Positions 61,242 through 64,000 of a DNA stretch of 64,000 nt are shown here, one piece after another. A model generated the notes under the pieces. It was not told the DNA's origin, made no database searches, and saw only the letters and a program-made list of their open reading frames with translations. Origin of the DNA: Eledone cirrhosa (Eukaryota); the NCBI GenBank assembly GCA_964016885.1, contig OZ024742.1, positions 66,216,001-66,280,000 on the forward strand, read 5' to 3'. The number at the start of each line of letters is the position of its first letter. The first letter of the stretch is position 1. The translations under genes and the position numbers were made by a program.

Positions 61242-62066
61242 TTTACGATCGTTTCTAGGATATATATGAGTTAGAGTTGGTATGCATACTCGATAGATCT
61301 ATGTACAATATTTATACAAACTATCAGAGGGAATATACATACCTACACATATATATGCTGTCTTCAGAAATAATGATATTTGTTTATTGATAAAGACAAA
61401 GATTCTATCCAATAGGTCTGTTTGGGAACAGGTTTTGAATTGACCAATCAGGAGATAGTGAGGGTCAAGATAGTAATATAGTAGTAGAAGACCCTTAAAT
61501 TATGGGTAGAGGAAGGTAGATTTCAGTTTTGGATGGAAAAGAATATTATGAATGAAGGATTATGTTAGGGAAGAAATAGGTCATATGCTGACCTCAGAAA
61601 TAATTTTATTTGTTTATTGAATAAAACCAACAAAGATCTAGTATATTATGTCTGTTTAGTAAGAGGTTTAGAATTAACGAATAGAAAGTTAATAATTGGC
61701 CAAATGGTAAAATAGTAGTAATTGAAGCTTATTTTAGGGGTGAAACTAGGTCAGGGGGTCAGTAAAAGGTATACAAGCAGTTGCTGTTATAAAATAGTAA
61801 TGCCAATACAAATATCTAAGGTGACAAAAGTTTTAAGATAAGAATGTTAGTGAAAAAAGTACATCTATGAAAAGAATATAAAATTAATTTAATTGAAGGG
61901 TATATTTATATTGATAAAATTATACTAATACATATAGATATGATAAATAAGAGTTAGATGCAGTTGAAAAGTGCTGCTAAAGATGAGGGGAGATTAAAAG
62001 AATATAAAAATAATATATATATATATATATACACTTATATATATATATACATATATATACACACAG

Positions 62067-62114
<48 letters not shown>

Positions 62115-62225
62115 GTATATACACTTATATATACACATATATATATATATGTATATGTACATATATATACACACACACACATACACACATTATATATATA
62201 TATATATATACACATACATATATAT

Positions 62226-62265
<40 letters not shown>

Positions 62266-64000
62266 ATACACACATACATACATTTACACATATATACACA
62301 CACATACACAGTCATATATACATATAATTATTGGGGGGGGGGGATTAAATTTATTAGTGAGAAATAGTAAAAATATATAATTTTCAAGGAACATAGGGTC
62401 ATAACCTGAAGTTAAAGCATTATATATGTTTACTTAATGGTATCAGTTTTAGGAAATGATATTTGTAAGAAGGAAAGCCAAATTATGCAGTTCATCAGTA
62501 GTAGAATATTAATTATAGGTTAACTAAATTAAAAATAGTTTATATATTAGTTTCTAAAGTGTATATTAATTAGGTTTATAATATTTAAAGCAGAATTATG
62601 TAGTTCATCTGTAGTAGAATATTAATTATAGGTTAACTAAATTAAAAATAATTTATGTATTAATTTCTAAAGTGTATATTAATTAGGTTTATAATATTTA
62701 AAGGTTTTTCTCAGTTTATGATTACACCATATTATTAATTCCTGTCGCTTATTTAATAGGATATCCTTAGATTTCATTATTTCGAAAAGTTCTTGGGAAC
62801 ATAATCTACATTCATTTCTACTATTTTGATAAGGGGTGGCCCTTTTGAGCACACTCCAGGTCAGGTCATATTCTATATTCCTCTTTCTATAACTATTAAT
62901 TATTTCAGCTAGAGATGTTGTATTAGCTAGTGCGGCATTTTTAAAACTATGTTTGTGGGTATTAAATCTTACCTTAAAATTGTTAGAGGTAGCTCTTATA
63001 TATGAATAAATAGAGTCCTTAGTGTTAACTTTACATTTATATACTATGTTATTAACAAGGCAATTTCCTTTTAATGGACAGTTTGCCTTGTTTCTACAGT
63101 TACAACTTTTCGTGAATCCTGTATCTGAGGAGATATTATGGTTAGTTTGATGTACTGGTGGTATACTCATGGTTTTTTTTACATTTATATGCATTATATG
63201 CACTTATATTTTGTTTTATGTTTTTGGTTGTTGAGTAGGAGAATTTAACCGTTGATCTATTTAAGATTTGATGGTATTTGTGGTTTGGCGGGAAGTTTTT
63301 CTCTAGGATATTAAAGAATTTTTTAGGTATATTATCCTTAATTTGTAAATTAAATGGAGCATTATACCAAGTAACTCGTCTATTACGGTTTCTATGTTGT
63401 TTATTGTTTTTATAGGATGCATCCTGATGTTTATTAAGAGAATTATTGTTAATGACCTCTCCACACACATTTTTAGTTAGATTTATTGATTTAGGTGTTT
63501 TAGCTTGTTTATTAGGAGTTTTATTATTAACATTTATTAGAGTTGTAGGATGAGTAGTTTTTTGAGAGTTACTATACTGTATACTAGAAGAATTAGAGAA
63601 ATTTGGTTTTATGTTGGTGTTTTGGGGTATATTGTGAGTGGCATTTAGGTGTGTATGTTTCATTTGGTGTTTGTTGGTAATATTAGGTTGTATGTTTGTA
63701 GTGTTATTGGTAGAAGGTATATATACTAATCTATTTTTGTGGCAATTCTAGCTAGGGCTTCGTTACAAAAGGTCGCATTTTTATCAAATAAATCTTGGTT
63801 AGACGAAAGGTTAGAAATTCTAAGTGATATTGTATTGAATCTTTGTCTTTATCAATAAACTAATATCATTATTTCTGAAGACAGCATATATATGTGTAGG
63901 TATGTATATTCCCTCTGATAGTTTGTATAAATATTGTACATAGATCTATAGAATATGCATACCAACTCTAACACATATATATCCTAGAAACGATCGTAAA
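61242..64000 (-). mobile_element. Penelope-like element 3' part (RT C-terminus, linker, GIY-YIG) with an inverted copy of its 3' end at the 5' side
   Basis: ORFs 63142-63663 (WYNAPF, FPPNHKYHQILNRSTVKFSYS) and 62679-63203 (CNCR..CPLKGNC, IVYKC..YIRAT..FKVR..H). 61242-61403 is inverted at 63840-64000. Confidence 0.85.

Overview
This is a eukaryotic, AT-rich, microsatellite-dense window with no recognisable host gene. The SINE family and repeat landscape suggest an octopus or other cephalopod (inference). Nearly all coding potential belongs to transposable elements. (1) A full-length but decayed Tx1-clade LINE sits in a (TATC)n tract (2.8-8.6 kb). (2) A ~27.7 kb pile-up (19.4-47.0 kb) holds two R4/Dong-type RLE retrotransposons, four Tx1-clade LINEs plus a 3' stub, and SINEs. 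The large insertions are bounded by (TAA)n/(TTA)n tracts and are mirror-arranged around a TAA-to-TTA strand switch at ~31570. (3) Penelope-like element remains carry fold-back repeats and eight minimal hammerhead ribozymes. (4) There are older RLE, RTE-like and DD37D mariner fragments. The most unusual signal is in all three Tx1 copies that keep the ORF1/ORF2 junction: the ORF1 stop codon lies inside a consensus 5' splice site, and a downstream AG would fuse ORF1 in frame to ORF2. Coordinates were read by eye and element ends may be off by several bases.
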